A DNA stretch of 27,823 nucleotides from a virus. Its lineage: Duplodnaviria > Caudoviricetes. The first letter of the stretch is position 1. Every line of letters begins with the position of its first letter. The position numbers and the translations under genes are program-made. The stretch is taken from positions 1 to 27,823 of the IMG/VR virus record IMGVR_UViG_3300025848_000155; one strand, written 5' to 3'. Of the stretch, positions 18,181 through 27,117 are shown in pieces. The notes under the pieces are model-generated. The model was not told the DNA's origin, did no database searches, and saw only the letters and a program-made list of their open reading frames with translations.

Positions 18181-20963
18181 TGGACTTGAATGAAATCAAT
18201 GCCATTTTAGACAACGCGCTTGCTACTAATGCGCCTAGCGTCGCACCAACACCGACATCAGCGCCAACAGCTGGTGTGGCTGCGCCAACCGTGGGACTTC
18301 TTGATCGAAGTGTACGCGATTTAGTTGGGATGGCTGGACAAGAATTTACTACCGGTCTACCTAGTGCCGTTACAGCGTTGACGCAACTGCCAGGTGCAGC
18401 ACTATCGTTAGCGCAAGAAGCGTCAACGCAGCCCATTCGTACTGGGTTTTTACCAGCCGATGTTGGATTATTATTAGGACGAAAACTAAGTGGTGTTACT
18501 AGCGAACAGGTAGCTGAAGCGGCTCCAGCAATAGCGCGTGGCGTGGGTGGCGTTGCTCTTGGATTAGCTGGTGGCGTGGGTGGTAGTGCTGCTGGCCCGT
18601 TGGGCACTATTGGCGGCGCTGCGGCGGGATATTCTACCGGCGAATTATTAACGCAAAAATTAATGGAGTCATTAGGATTGGTTGATCCAATGACAAGCGA
18701 GGAGAAATTTCGTCGTTTCTTTCGCGCTGGTGGCGAATCTATTGGTGGCGACGTTGCTGTTCGCGGATTAAGCAAATTAGCAAAACCAATTATAACAACG
18801 GCACCGAAGATTACCGAAACAATGGCAACTTTGCGTGGCCCACAAACCGCTTCAGAAATTGCCGAACGTGTTGGTGAAAAAGTAGCGCCGCTTGTAAATG
18901 AGCAAGCATTAACGCAAGCGATGAAAACAGTGCCTCAAACGTATGGCGCTGGTCTAACAACCGCCGAAGTTCTTGCAGATCCAAAACTTGCGATGCTTGA
19001 GCAAGCGGTTGGCACCGGAAAATTAACGCCAGAATTAGCACAACAATATGCAGCAGAAGTAGCAAAACGCGAAGATGTGCGGCTTGGTTTGATTCGCAGT
19101 ATTGAAGAGTCATCGGCTCAAACACCAATGGAGCAGGGCCAAACCATTCGTGCAGCGATGCAAAATGCTAAAGCAGCAGATGCAGAAGTTCGTCGCGCCG
19201 CGTATGATAAAATTCCCAAAGATGAAGTTATAACAAGTTGGGGCAAACTAAAAACAAACATTGCAAAGGAACGCGAAAACTTATTTTCGGGTGGACGACA
19301 AGAACCGGACGAATTAACTAAAGTTCTTAATGATATTGCAAGCAGAAAAACATGGACACCGAACCAGGCTCAAAACGCTTATAGCGCGTTGGGTGAGTTG
19401 GCGCGTGAATATGAAATTATTAGTCCTACGTTTCATAGCATGGCCAAATATGCTCAAAAGCAAGTTCGTACATATTTGCTAGAAGCACCAGCCACTAAGT
19501 CTAAAGTGGCTAAAGCATGGAAAGCAGCAAACAAGCAAGCCTACGCATTTGCCGATAAATGGCAAGATGGGCCATTAGCTAAAATTCTAAAACCGGATCA
19601 AGTATTAGACGAAAATTTAATTAGTAAAATCACTAGCAGCGAAAAAGCAGCGCGTGACTATTTTGATATGATTGGCAATGATCCGAACGCTATTAAGCCA
19701 ATACGCGCAAAAATTGTTGACGATTTAGTTACAAAACTAGAAAACAATCAGTCTGTTGCAAACGAAATAAATCGCAACAAACATATTTATCGCGTGATAT
19801 TTGGCGACGAAGTTGACCTACTAACCGAGTATGTCGCAGATAAAGCAGCTCGAACCAAGTTACAAAAACGAGCCAACGCAACGTATGGTTCACCAACGGC
19901 GCTAAAACAGCAATTTGAGCTTGAAAATGCTTTGTTAGGGTCTAAAGGTTTTGCCGCTAAACCGAGTGAGTTGCGCCGACGTATGCAGACTGTCGCGGCA
20001 AGTATACCAACGGTTGTAGGTACAACGCTTGGCGCAACAATGTTTCCGGGTATGCCGGTGCTTGGCGCTATCGGTGGTTCATTGGGTGGATTACTTGGCA
20101 CTGTTCCAATACTAAAGTATGCAGCGCGGCGCGAAGGTCAGTTGGCTGATTTGGGCGAACAATTTTATCAAGCCTTAATGCAACCGCGTGAAATGCAAAA
20201 AGTGTTGCAAGCAAGCAAAGCTGCTACGCAACGGCGAGCTTTGGGCGAATCGCAGCGTGCAGCTCAAATAGCTGCAATAGAAGCAAATGTACCTAGCGCA
20301 GCTCGTATTGGTGGTATGACAGCACCATTGTTGCCAAATGAAATAGGAGCTGAATCAAGTTTGCCCACACTTATTGAAGCGCCGTCCATTACCGTTGATG
20401 ACATCCGTCGTCAAATGCAGGAATTACTCGGCCCCGCCGAAGCACAAGCGGCGGTGATGCCGCCGGAAGAAGTGGTAAAGCAACGCATGATTCAGCGTTT
20501 TCCAAAAGCATCGCCTGAAGTGCGCAAGGTTCTAGGCGATGCAGATGAGTTGTTGCAAGCGATTGCGTATGTTGAAAGTCGCGGTAATCCAAAGGCTAGA
20601 AGTCCAAAAGGCGCGATAGGATTGTACCAGTTCGTGCCTGGTACGGCTAAGTCACTTGGTATTGATCCAAACGATCCCGCTCAATCGCTTGATGGTGCAA
20701 AGCGGTACATGGATAAGTTGATTGGTCGGTTCGACAGTGAACAGTTGGCGCTTGCTGCGTACAACTGGGGCGAGGGAAATGTTGTATCCGCGATGAAGCA
20801 AGTTGCTCGTGCGAAAAAGATTGACGATTGGCGTAAGGTGCCGTGGTCAACTTTAAGTGAATTTAAGCCGCGTGGTAGTAAGGATTATTTAGTGCCACCG
20901 GAAACGCGGCGATATGTGCCAAAGGTTTTGGCGCTGCGGGAATCGTATTTAACAAGGGGATAA
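18180..20963 (+). CDS. Large ejection protein with C-terminal lytic transglycosylase (SLT) domain
   Basis: 927 aa. C-terminal motifs VESRGN (catalytic Glu), GAIGLYQF, ALAAYNWGEG and ETRRYV. Two Gly-rich hydrophobic regions. Confidence 0.85.
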   Translation: MDLNEINAILDNALATNAPSVAPTPTSAPTAGVAAPTVGLLDRSVRDLVGMAGQEFTTGLPSAVTALTQLPGAALSLAQEASTQPIRTGFLPADVGLLLGRKLSGVTSEQVAEAAPAIARGVGGVALGLAGGVGGSAAGPLGTIGGAAAGYSTGELLTQKLMESLGLVDPMTSEEKFRRFFRAGGESIGGDVAVRGLSKLAKPIITTAPKITETMATLRGPQTASEIAERVGEKVAPLVNEQALTQAMKTVPQTYGAGLTTAEVLADPKLAMLEQAVGTGKLTPELAQQYAAEVAKREDVRLGLIRSIEESSAQTPMEQGQTIRAAMQNAKAADAEVRRAAYDKIPKDEVITSWGKLKTNIAKERENLFSGGRQEPDELTKVLNDIASRKTWTPNQAQNAYSALGELAREYEIISPTFHSMAKYAQKQVRTYLLEAPATKSKVAKAWKAANKQAYAFADKWQDGPLAKILKPDQVLDENLISKITSSEKAARDYFDMIGNDPNAIKPIRAKIVDDLVTKLENNQSVANEINRNKHIYRVIFGDEVDLLTEYVADKAARTKLQKRANATYGSPTALKQQFELENALLGSKGFAAKPSELRRRMQTVAASIPTVVGTTLGATMFPGMPVLGAIGGSLGGLLGTVPILKYAARREGQLADLGEQFYQALMQPREMQKVLQASKAATQRRALGESQRAAQIAAIEANVPSAARIGGMTAPLLPNEIGAESSLPTLIEAPSITVDDIRRQMQELLGPAEAQAAVMPPEEVVKQRMIQRFPKASPEVRKVLGDADELLQAIAYVESRGNPKARSPKGAIGLYQFVPGTAKSLGIDPNDPAQSLDGAKRYMDKLIGRFDSEQLALAAYNWGEGNVVSAMKQVARAKKIDDWRKVPWSTLSEFKPRGSKDYLVPPETRRYVPKVLALRESYLTRG

Positions 20964-20966
20964 GCT

Positions 20967-21761
20967 ATGCCTTGGTCAGCCGGAACATTTTCACGAGCTA
21001 ACGGTGCTACGGGTTGGCAGGACGATCAAGCTGCGAACATTGGCATTGAGGCGGGTCGTCACGACACGCAGGACAATGACTTCCGTAACGGCATTAACGA
21101 GACGATAAATAAGGCTGGTCAGAACACGCCTACGGCTAACTTGCCGATGGGTGGGTTTAGGCATACTGGCGTGGCTAATGCTGCGGCAAATGATCAGTAT
21201 GCAGCGTATGGGCAAACATTGACGTTGCTTGGTCAGTATGTCCCATCTGGTGCAATTTTAATGTATGGAGCAGCCGCAGCGCCAACGGGGTGGTTGTTGT
21301 GTGACGGCACCGCTGTTTCCCGTACAACATACGCGGCGTTGTTTACAGCAATTAGTACAACGTATGGTGCTGGCGATGGCAGCACCACGTTTAATTTGCC
21401 AGATTTGCGGCAACGGTTTCCGCTCGGCAAAGCCGCTAGTGGCACAGGCAACACGTTGGGTGGTACGGGCGGTGCCATTGACCACACGCACACCAGCGCG
21501 GCGCATACGCATACATTGAGTGGTTCAGGATACGCAAAGGTGTGGACTGATACCGCAACGACGGCAGGTATTCAACGTGTAACGGGCGTTGCGGCTTGGA
21601 CAGAAACACATTCATTGTCGCCAACGATTACCGTAGCCAGCCGCACAACATCGCAAACTAACGCTATTGCTCTTGGCGGCGTAACTGATTCAACAACACC
21701 AGGAGCCACAGGCACAAACAACCCACCTTATTTAGTGGTTAATTACATTATTCGGACCTGA
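20967..21761 (+). CDS. Tail fibre with phage tail-collar domain
   Basis: PSGAILMY....APTGWLLCDG..VSRTTYAALF.AI...YG.GDGSTTFNLPDLR collar signature. Ends PPYLVVNYIIRT. Confidence 0.88.
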   Translation: MPWSAGTFSRANGATGWQDDQAANIGIEAGRHDTQDNDFRNGINETINKAGQNTPTANLPMGGFRHTGVANAAANDQYAAYGQTLTLLGQYVPSGAILMYGAAAAPTGWLLCDGTAVSRTTYAALFTAISTTYGAGDGSTTFNLPDLRQRFPLGKAASGTGNTLGGTGGAIDHTHTSAAHTHTLSGSGYAKVWTDTATTAGIQRVTGVAAWTETHSLSPTITVASRTTSQTNAIALGGVTDSTTPGATGTNNPPYLVVNYIIRT

Positions 21762-21762
21762 T

Positions 21763-22077
21763 ATGCGTGAGTTGCGTGACACGATGGGCCAGCTTATGCA
21801 TCTAGCCGAACGAATTGATGAGCGAGTTGAGCGAATTGATCATCGCACTGAAGGCCATACGTCGCATTTAACGTCGATTGCTGGCCTCAAAGACGAAACG
21901 GCGCGAATTGCTAATGCAATTGAACGAATTGGCGAACGTCACGCAAAGCGAATGTTTATGTTGGCGGTTGGCGGGTTGATGATGCTAACCACCATTATTT
22001 TTTTGTTGATTGCGGCATACACGAAAACGCCAATACGAATTGGCAGCGGCGAAACGTCAATGGAAGCTGGTCGATGA
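21763..22077 (+). CDS. Coiled-coil protein with one C-terminal TM helix (holin/antiholin or XhlA-like candidate)
   Basis: 104 aa, heptad-rich N-terminus, TM-like MFMLAVGGLMMLTTIIFLLIAAY, directly before the lysin candidate. Confidence 0.5.
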   Translation: MRELRDTMGQLMHLAERIDERVERIDHRTEGHTSHLTSIAGLKDETARIANAIERIGERHAKRMFMLAVGGLMMLTTIIFLLIAAYTKTPIRIGSGETSMEAGR

Positions 22078-22475
22078 ATGTAACGCTGACCCGCATTGTT
22101 GAGCGTAACGATGCAACGCTTGGTGTGCTTACGATTGATGGCTATCCGCGCATGGTGACGCTGGAGCCACGATGGGTAAACAACCAGCCGAACATTAGTT
22201 GTATCCCTGTTGGTAGTTACAAGTTGAAGCGTCACAAGTCGCCGCGTTTTGGTGCAACGTGGCTAGTGGCCGATGTGCCGGATCGAAATCATATCCTTAT
22301 TCATCGTGGCAACACGGTGCAAGATACGCAGGGTTGTATCCTTGTCGGTCGGACGTATGCACCGACTGTCGGGGCTAGTCGCATCATGGAATCGGCTGAT
22401 GCTTTTGAGTGGCTAAACGCTCATTTGCGCGGTACTGATGAAGCTGAATTTTATATTATGCAAGCGTATGATTAA
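22074..22475 (+). CDS. DUF5675-family protein, probable endolysin with L,D-peptidase-like His/Cys motif
   Basis: TLG.L, TLE..W, CIP.G.Y and ILIH.GN...DT.GCILVG motifs. Confidence 0.8.
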   Translation: MNVTLTRIVERNDATLGVLTIDGYPRMVTLEPRWVNNQPNISCIPVGSYKLKRHKSPRFGATWLVADVPDRNHILIHRGNTVQDTQGCILVGRTYAPTVGASRIMESADAFEWLNAHLRGTDEAEFYIMQAYD

Positions 22476-23565
22476 GGGACACGACTTTCTTGGGCTCGGC
22501 TGTAAAAACTGGAACGTAAAAGACACGCTTGCTGCGTTGCCGAACGGCGTTGCTGTGGGCTGTTTTGACAATACCTGGCCTGACAATTTTGGTGATCCGT
22601 ACGATAAGATTCGTGCGATGTGCAAAAGCGGCAAACTTGCTGCGGTGCGTGTGCAAATGTATTGGAGCTATGCACACAAGATTGTGCCGCTTGATGTGCT
22701 AAAAAAAGCAACGCCACGATGGGAAAAACTGGCTAAGGAATTTCCCGGCATCATGTTTTTCTTGTCCCCATCGTGTGAGTATCGCTACCGGGACGATGGC
22801 CGAAGCACTGTGACCACCGCCGACCTTGTTCAGCGAGTCGATGTCATACGTACCTTAGCACCGAGTTGTGTGCCTGTGTTGTCGCCGTGGCTTGCACCAG
22901 CGATACCTGGCGTCAAGGTTGAACATCATGGAACAAAAGCTAAAGCCAAGGAAGGCGAATTGGTTAGCTACGATGGCGGTGGTGGTAAGGCCGAAGGGTT
23001 TGACCAAGAAATGGCGGCTGATGAATGGATGAAACAAAACAGCAAAGCGTTAATCGCCTTTTGCTGGAGTCCCATTTATAACTGCGCTGAAAGTCATAAT
23101 AACCTCAAACCAGCGCAACGCACAGCAACGCCTAGCAGTGATTACATTCGCGCCATGCAGCGGCTTATGGAGCCGAAAGGCGTTGCACCGAAGAAAGACT
23201 TTTCGACCTCATCACGTAAATTGATCAAACCGGAGCTGTGGAAAAACTTTGCTGAAGATATGCAAGGCGCAAACAGCCGCGACAATAAACCGTTGCTTAT
23301 TGTCAAAGGCACAGAGTCAACCGCATTTGTGTTGGACAACAAAGGTAAGGAAATAGCTAAATTATCCATGTACGACAAGCCTGGATCGTTTGAAGGTGGG
23401 TATACACGTTATTATTCTGGTTTCGGAGTCGGTTCAAAGTTGTATGGATTTGAAATGGCGCAACGTGCGCTTGCTTCAGCCGGTTCCGAATGGGTGTACG
23501 TGAAAGTTGGACGAAATGTTTATGGGCCATTTCATCCAGCTTTTCGTACGCCATATTATCGCTAA
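22468..23565 (+). CDS. Hypothetical 365-aa protein inside the lysis cassette, possibly a glycoside-hydrolase-like barrel
   Basis: ATG at 22468 overlaps the end of the upstream gene. Alternating beta/alpha pattern with aromatic residues. Function not established. Confidence 0.55.
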   Translation: MIKGHDFLGLGCKNWNVKDTLAALPNGVAVGCFDNTWPDNFGDPYDKIRAMCKSGKLAAVRVQMYWSYAHKIVPLDVLKKATPRWEKLAKEFPGIMFFLSPSCEYRYRDDGRSTVTTADLVQRVDVIRTLAPSCVPVLSPWLAPAIPGVKVEHHGTKAKAKEGELVSYDGGGGKAEGFDQEMAADEWMKQNSKALIAFCWSPIYNCAESHNNLKPAQRTATPSSDYIRAMQRLMEPKGVAPKKDFSTSSRKLIKPELWKNFAEDMQGANSRDNKPLLIVKGTESTAFVLDNKGKEIAKLSMYDKPGSFEGGYTRYYSGFGVGSKLYGFEMAQRALASAGSEWVYVKVGRNVYGPFHPAFRTPYYR

Positions 23566-23573
23566 GGAGAAAC

Positions 23574-23774
23574 ATGGAAAGTAAATCGTTTTTGAAAAGC
23601 AAAACTATTTGGGGTGGCATGATCGCGTTGTTGCCAGCGTTGTCTGACATGGCAACGCAAGTGGCGGGGATTCCGTTGTTGCCGCCGCACCTTGCTGCAA
23701 CTGTTGCAGCGGTCGGTGGTACGCTTGCGATCATTGGCCGACTTGTGGCCAAGAGTCCGGTCAAGTTTAAGTAA
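23574..23774 (+). CDS. Putative two-TM holin
   Basis: 66 aa from ATG 23574 with RBS AAGGAG. K..L.SKT.W start, two hydrophobic segments and a basic tail (GRLVAKSPVKFK). Confidence 0.65.
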   Translation: MESKSFLKSKTIWGGMIALLPALSDMATQVAGIPLLPPHLAATVAAVGGTLAIIGRLVAKSPVKFK

Positions 23775-24258
23775 GTGAGCTTACGTGCCAACGGATTTTC
23801 CGCGATGGAATGTCTGTTGGTACGTTTTCAAGCAGACCTTCATCGGTGTATTGGCTTACGAAATGTGCCACAGCCGGATGATTTTTGTTTTCTACTAGGT
23901 TAGTTCTGTGTTTGAGTTTTACTCGGTCCCGAATTGAAACAAGTAATCGTTCGTCACCGCCAAAGCAGTGATCAAATATCCAAGCTAAGTTGAATGGCAC
24001 TGGAATTGGCGAAAAGAAAAACCATTTCAACACTTCCAATTCGTATGTCATCAAACCGCGTAATGACTCACGAGTAACATCAGGCGTACGTACGCCATTC
24101 GATTTTGAAGCGCGTTGAATGTACCAATCGAAGAAACGGGTATAATCCTGCAACGCCCGATCAAGCACGTTAAACCACATAAGATGCTCGCCGCTTTTTG
24201 CGGCAAATGAGTCTAGCTCGTCGATCATGGCTATGGGAATGTCTTTTTGGCGCGGCAT
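23767..24258 (-). CDS. Hypothetical protein
   Basis: 163 aa, last gene of the minus-strand block. Its 3' end overlaps the holin 3' end by 8 nt. Confidence 0.65.
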   Translation of the reverse strand: MPRQKDIPIAMIDELDSFAAKSGEHLMWFNVLDRALQDYTRFFDWYIQRASKSNGVRTPDVTRESLRGLMTYELEVLKWFFFSPIPVPFNLAWIFDHCFGGDERLLVSIRDRVKLKHRTNLVENKNHPAVAHFVSQYTDEGLLENVPTDIPSRKIRWHVSSLT

Positions 24259-24641
24259 AACTTGCCAGCTAAGTATAAATCTAAAACGTCAATGGCTTCT
24301 TCAGCCGACCAACACAGACAAGCATAGTTGCCGACCTTGTTTAGTTCGTCTATGAGCTGGATTTGCTCGGGTGATGGGCGGTTCGGTTTGACCTTCATTT
24401 CTATGTACAGCGCGTGGAATTCACCGCTTGATACTGGTACGCAGATGTCTGGTACGCCTTTCTTTAGACCAGCCCGTTTTAGCGATTGTCGGCGTGGTAT
24501 GCTTGCCTTTGACTCGTTCGGGATATGAAACGCAAGTGCATAGCCGGGGTCGTGCGCTGCTTTAGCGCGGCAGTAATCGAAGAACGCAAACATTTCCAGT
24601 TCTTCGGGTCCGTGTCGATATGACTTACGAAATTTTGCCAT
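24231..24641 (-). CDS. VRR-NUC domain nuclease
   Basis: FHIPNE, GLKKGVPD, LYIEMK and SPEQ motifs of the VRR-NUC PD-(D/E)XK family. Confidence 0.88.
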   Translation of the reverse strand: MAKFRKSYRHGPEELEMFAFFDYCRAKAAHDPGYALAFHIPNESKASIPRRQSLKRAGLKKGVPDICVPVSSGEFHALYIEMKVKPNRPSPEQIQLIDELNKVGNYACLCWSAEEAIDVLDLYLAGKLCRAKKTFP

Positions 24642-25152
24642 CCAGGTATCGCTGAAATTCGCGCCTAAATTCTTTAAGCTGTGGATAGCTTATACCGAAA
24701 CGTTTAATTACAGCAGTATAAAAATCGTCTTGGTTGCGGCACACGATTAGTTCAGCGTCTTTGCCGACCGTGGCGGTAAGCAAAAACTTTCGACGCCGAC
24801 AGTATTTTTCGTGCAACTCATCTTCGATTGATGCGCGTATGATGTCGCGCTGGTGTGGTTTTAGCCGCTTCAGCACATCGAGCAACTCACGCAGTGCCGA
24901 ACGGTTGTCAAACTCGTGGTGGATTGAACAGGGGTGATACTCGATGAAGACACCCTGTACTTTGAAGTCGATTGTTTTGCCGAAACCGACGGGGATTTGC
25001 AACGTTTCGCGCATGACCAACTGGAAGTCCGGCACGAATTTTTCGAGCATCACGCCACAAGCATACTCGGCGCGGGAGTCAAAACGAAGCGGTATCGCCG
25101 GTCTCGGCGGTAACACAAGTTCACCCTGGGATTGAGCCGGTTGTGGCTCCAT
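24625..25152 (-). CDS. Putative PD-(D/E)XK-like endonuclease
   Basis: FDS..E...IDF....FIEYH pattern reminiscent of DUF559/DUF1064-type nucleases. Confidence 0.5.
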   Translation of the reverse strand: MEPQPAQSQGELVLPPRPAIPLRFDSRAEYACGVMLEKFVPDFQLVMRETLQIPVGFGKTIDFKVQGVFIEYHPCSIHHEFDNRSALRELLDVLKRLKPHQRDIIRASIEDELHEKYCRRRKFLLTATVGKDAELIVCRNQDDFYTAVIKRFGISYPQLKEFRREFQRYLDGKIS

Positions 25153-25173
25153 ACCAAAAGTATGAACACTTTT

Positions 25174-25404
25174 TTATGGCTGTGCTACTACCGATGTTGG
25201 CAATGGCCAGTCTGCAAAACCGCCAGTTGTGGGCCATTCAGTTTGCCAAACATCCCATTGACATAGGAATTGGTTATTTGCCTCGTCATGCGCTAAGGCT
25301 TGATAGATCTCAACACCATCGACTGTAACAGGCGCAGGATCGTCATTTAGCGCAAGCACTGTTCCGTCCCACGTGACAGTTCCATGCGTAACTTCAAGCG
25401 TCAT
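25174..25404 (-). CDS. Small acidic Trp-rich protein
   Basis: 76 aa with 11 D/E and no K/R. ATGA coupling to the upstream small gene. Confidence 0.65.
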   Translation of the reverse strand: MTLEVTHGTVTWDGTVLALNDDPAPVTVDGVEIYQALAHDEANNQFLCQWDVWQTEWPTTGGFADWPLPTSVVAQP

Positions 25405-25538
25405 TTCTTCTTCTTCTTTTCCGCGCCTTTAATTTTGCCTTTGTTGATCGAAGCGTAAAACACCTCGTCACCCTTGTCGGAGCCGTAGTATTTTTCCATC
25501 GCGGCGCGAATTTTCAGACCTTTTTTAGTCAATGGCAT
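25401..25538 (-). CDS. 45-aa Lys-rich protein (not in the ORF track)
   Basis: Manual translation: MPLTKKGLKIRAAMEKYYGSDKGDEVFYASINKGKIKGAEKKKKK*. AAAGGA upstream. Fills the gap exactly, with overlaps on both sides. Confidence 0.75.
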   Translation of the reverse strand: MPLTKKGLKIRAAMEKYYGSDKGDEVFYASINKGKIKGAEKKKKK

Positions 25539-26010
25539 TTCGGATGTCCTTTACGCTTTGCACGAACGTCTGACACCGATGATACGGGCTCCGGCCCGAT
25601 TGAAAAGTAAAAAGCACTGAACCCCACCTGGGACTACCAGACCCGCCACCGAATTTGATACGGCCATGAAACAAAACCATGCTGATCGCGTTGTTGTACG
25701 CTTCCAAAAACCAAGCAGTGCTTGTGTCGCTCGGCAACAGCATTACGACAGTCAACGAGCGTGACTGATTTACTTCGTCGATTGCTTTTCGTACCCACGG
25801 GGCCGGGTCTGAGTATGGCGGGTTACACCACACCGACCCGTAACCCCGCCACGTTAACCTTAACGCATCATCGTCGCGGGTAAAATACCGTTCGCATTTG
25901 TGGTTAGTGTCAGATGCCGCTGCATCTAAAACGAAGGAAAATCGGGCGTTGTAGTAGTCGAACAGCCATTGTGGTGTTGACCATTCATCCCCGCCTTTTG
26001 AATCGCCCAT
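25525..26010 (-). CDS. Phage Dam-family DNA N6-adenine methyltransferase
   Basis: DEWSTP, LDAAAS, YFT..DDAL, VWCNPPYS and VMLLP motifs. I prefer the ATG at 26010 as the start. Confidence 0.9.
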   Translation of the reverse strand: MGDSKGGDEWSTPQWLFDYYNARFSFVLDAAASDTNHKCERYFTRDDDALRLTWRGYGSVWCNPPYSDPAPWVRKAIDEVNQSRSLTVVMLLPSDTSTAWFLEAYNNAISMVLFHGRIKFGGGSGSPRWGSVLFTFQSGRSPYHRCQTFVQSVKDIRNAID

Positions 26011-26504
26011 TGTACTTCCGTCATCGGTCTTAAACATTCTTGTGGAATTGCATAACAAGGTTTTTGCAATTTCTCATCCCAAAACCGTTGTTGTTTAGCT
26101 TCGTGGTTTGGTATCCAGCCACGAAAATGTGCGGCAAGCCAACCAAGTTTCGGGTCGTGCTGAATCGTTTCTACTGTTACCAACACAGTAATAAAGTCGC
26201 TCTTATCATCTTTTTGAACTAACAGTCTGCCTTGTGGATATTTTGTTGCGCGAATGTTGATGTTTTGCGGCAAGTCTGACCTGTTGGTAAACGTATCGTT
26301 TCGCACCATGTCGCCCAACTTGAAATATCGTGCGGCAGCAATTTCACCCAACACGCCGACAATTTCACCTTCAAGCTGATCGGCGTATGTTTTTCGAGCC
26401 GTTTTTCCGTCACTAAAGTGCCGTAAAACCGAACGAAAATGGCGGTTATCCGCTTCTTTCAATGCAAGCAAAAAGTCAGCAAACGTAAAGTTAATTGTCG
26501 TCAT
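25926..26504 (-). CDS. Hypothetical protein, possibly a degenerate restriction-endonuclease-like fold
   Basis: G.LGE.A...DL...NIR.T...GW...Y.IPQ..L pattern. ATG at 26504 has GGAG upstream. Confidence 0.55.
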   Translation of the reverse strand: MTTINFTFADFLLALKEADNRHFRSVLRHFSDGKTARKTYADQLEGEIVGVLGEIAAARYFKLGDMVRNDTFTNRSDLPQNINIRATKYPQGRLLVQKDDKSDFITVLVTVETIQHDPKLGWLAAHFRGWIPNHEAKQQRFWDEKLQKPCYAIPQECLRPMTEVQWAIQKAGMNGQHHNGCSTTTTPDFPSF

Positions 26505-26733
26505 TTGTTTCTCCATCAATCCATGCTTGTAAATCATCGAACGGGTACGTCTTGTCAGCTTTGAGTTCCGTGGCTAGTTCGCGGTGCGCCTGAGCGAGTC
26601 CGGCTTTGTAACCTTCGTAGTACGCAGATTTTATAAACCATCCCCCACAGCCGCCGCACGTACCATTTTTGCGGTAAAAACGTTCAGCAAGTTCGTCCCA
26701 TAACCCTGGCGGGTAATCTAATTTTTTAGCCAT
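26491..26733 (-). CDS. Hypothetical protein
   Basis: 80 aa, RBS GGAGG, CGGC and YYEGYKAG motifs, overlaps both neighbours. Confidence 0.65.
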   Translation of the reverse strand: MAKKLDYPPGLWDELAERFYRKNGTCGGCGGWFIKSAYYEGYKAGLAQAHRELATELKADKTYPFDDLQAWIDGETNDDN

Positions 26734-27103
26734 GTTTCACCTCCGTAAGCGGCGTAAAACGAAACTTGTTAAGCCAGTACGGTTGCACCGGCGTAAATTC
26801 CGACATCGCAAGTTCCAACAGTGCAAACAACACAGCGCGTGAAACCTTACTGCTAAAGGTCGTATAATCCGCAGCAAACTCCCGCAGGATTGTCAGCGTG
26901 GTTGCGTCGAGCCAGGTGATTGCATCAATCGCAACAGCCCCGCCGTGATCGTTCCACGTCGCCTCGTCGATGTGGTTTAGCGTCGTTTCGAGGTCTGACA
27001 AAAAACCCGCACCGAGCTTATCAACGTGGCGCAAAAACGCCTCAACGACACACGCCTTACGGCCAATCAAATTGTCTAAAGTCCGTTCAAAAATCGTCGT
27101 CAT
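26726..27103 (-). CDS. Hypothetical protein
   Basis: 125 aa from ATG 27103 with a strong RBS AGGAGG. The longer ORF-track start overlaps the SSB-like gene. Confidence 0.7.
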   Translation of the reverse strand: MTTIFERTLDNLIGRKACVVEAFLRHVDKLGAGFLSDLETTLNHIDEATWNDHGGAVAIDAITWLDATTLTILREFAADYTTFSSKVSRAVLFALLELAMSEFTPVQPYWLNKFRFTPLTEVKHG

Positions 27104-27117
27104 AAACCTCCTAGTGC

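Noticed and set aside
20967-21761. Possible diversity-generating retroelement or invertible tail-fibre cassette
   Set aside because: I saw no reverse transcriptase, invertase or template/variable repeat pair in the window.
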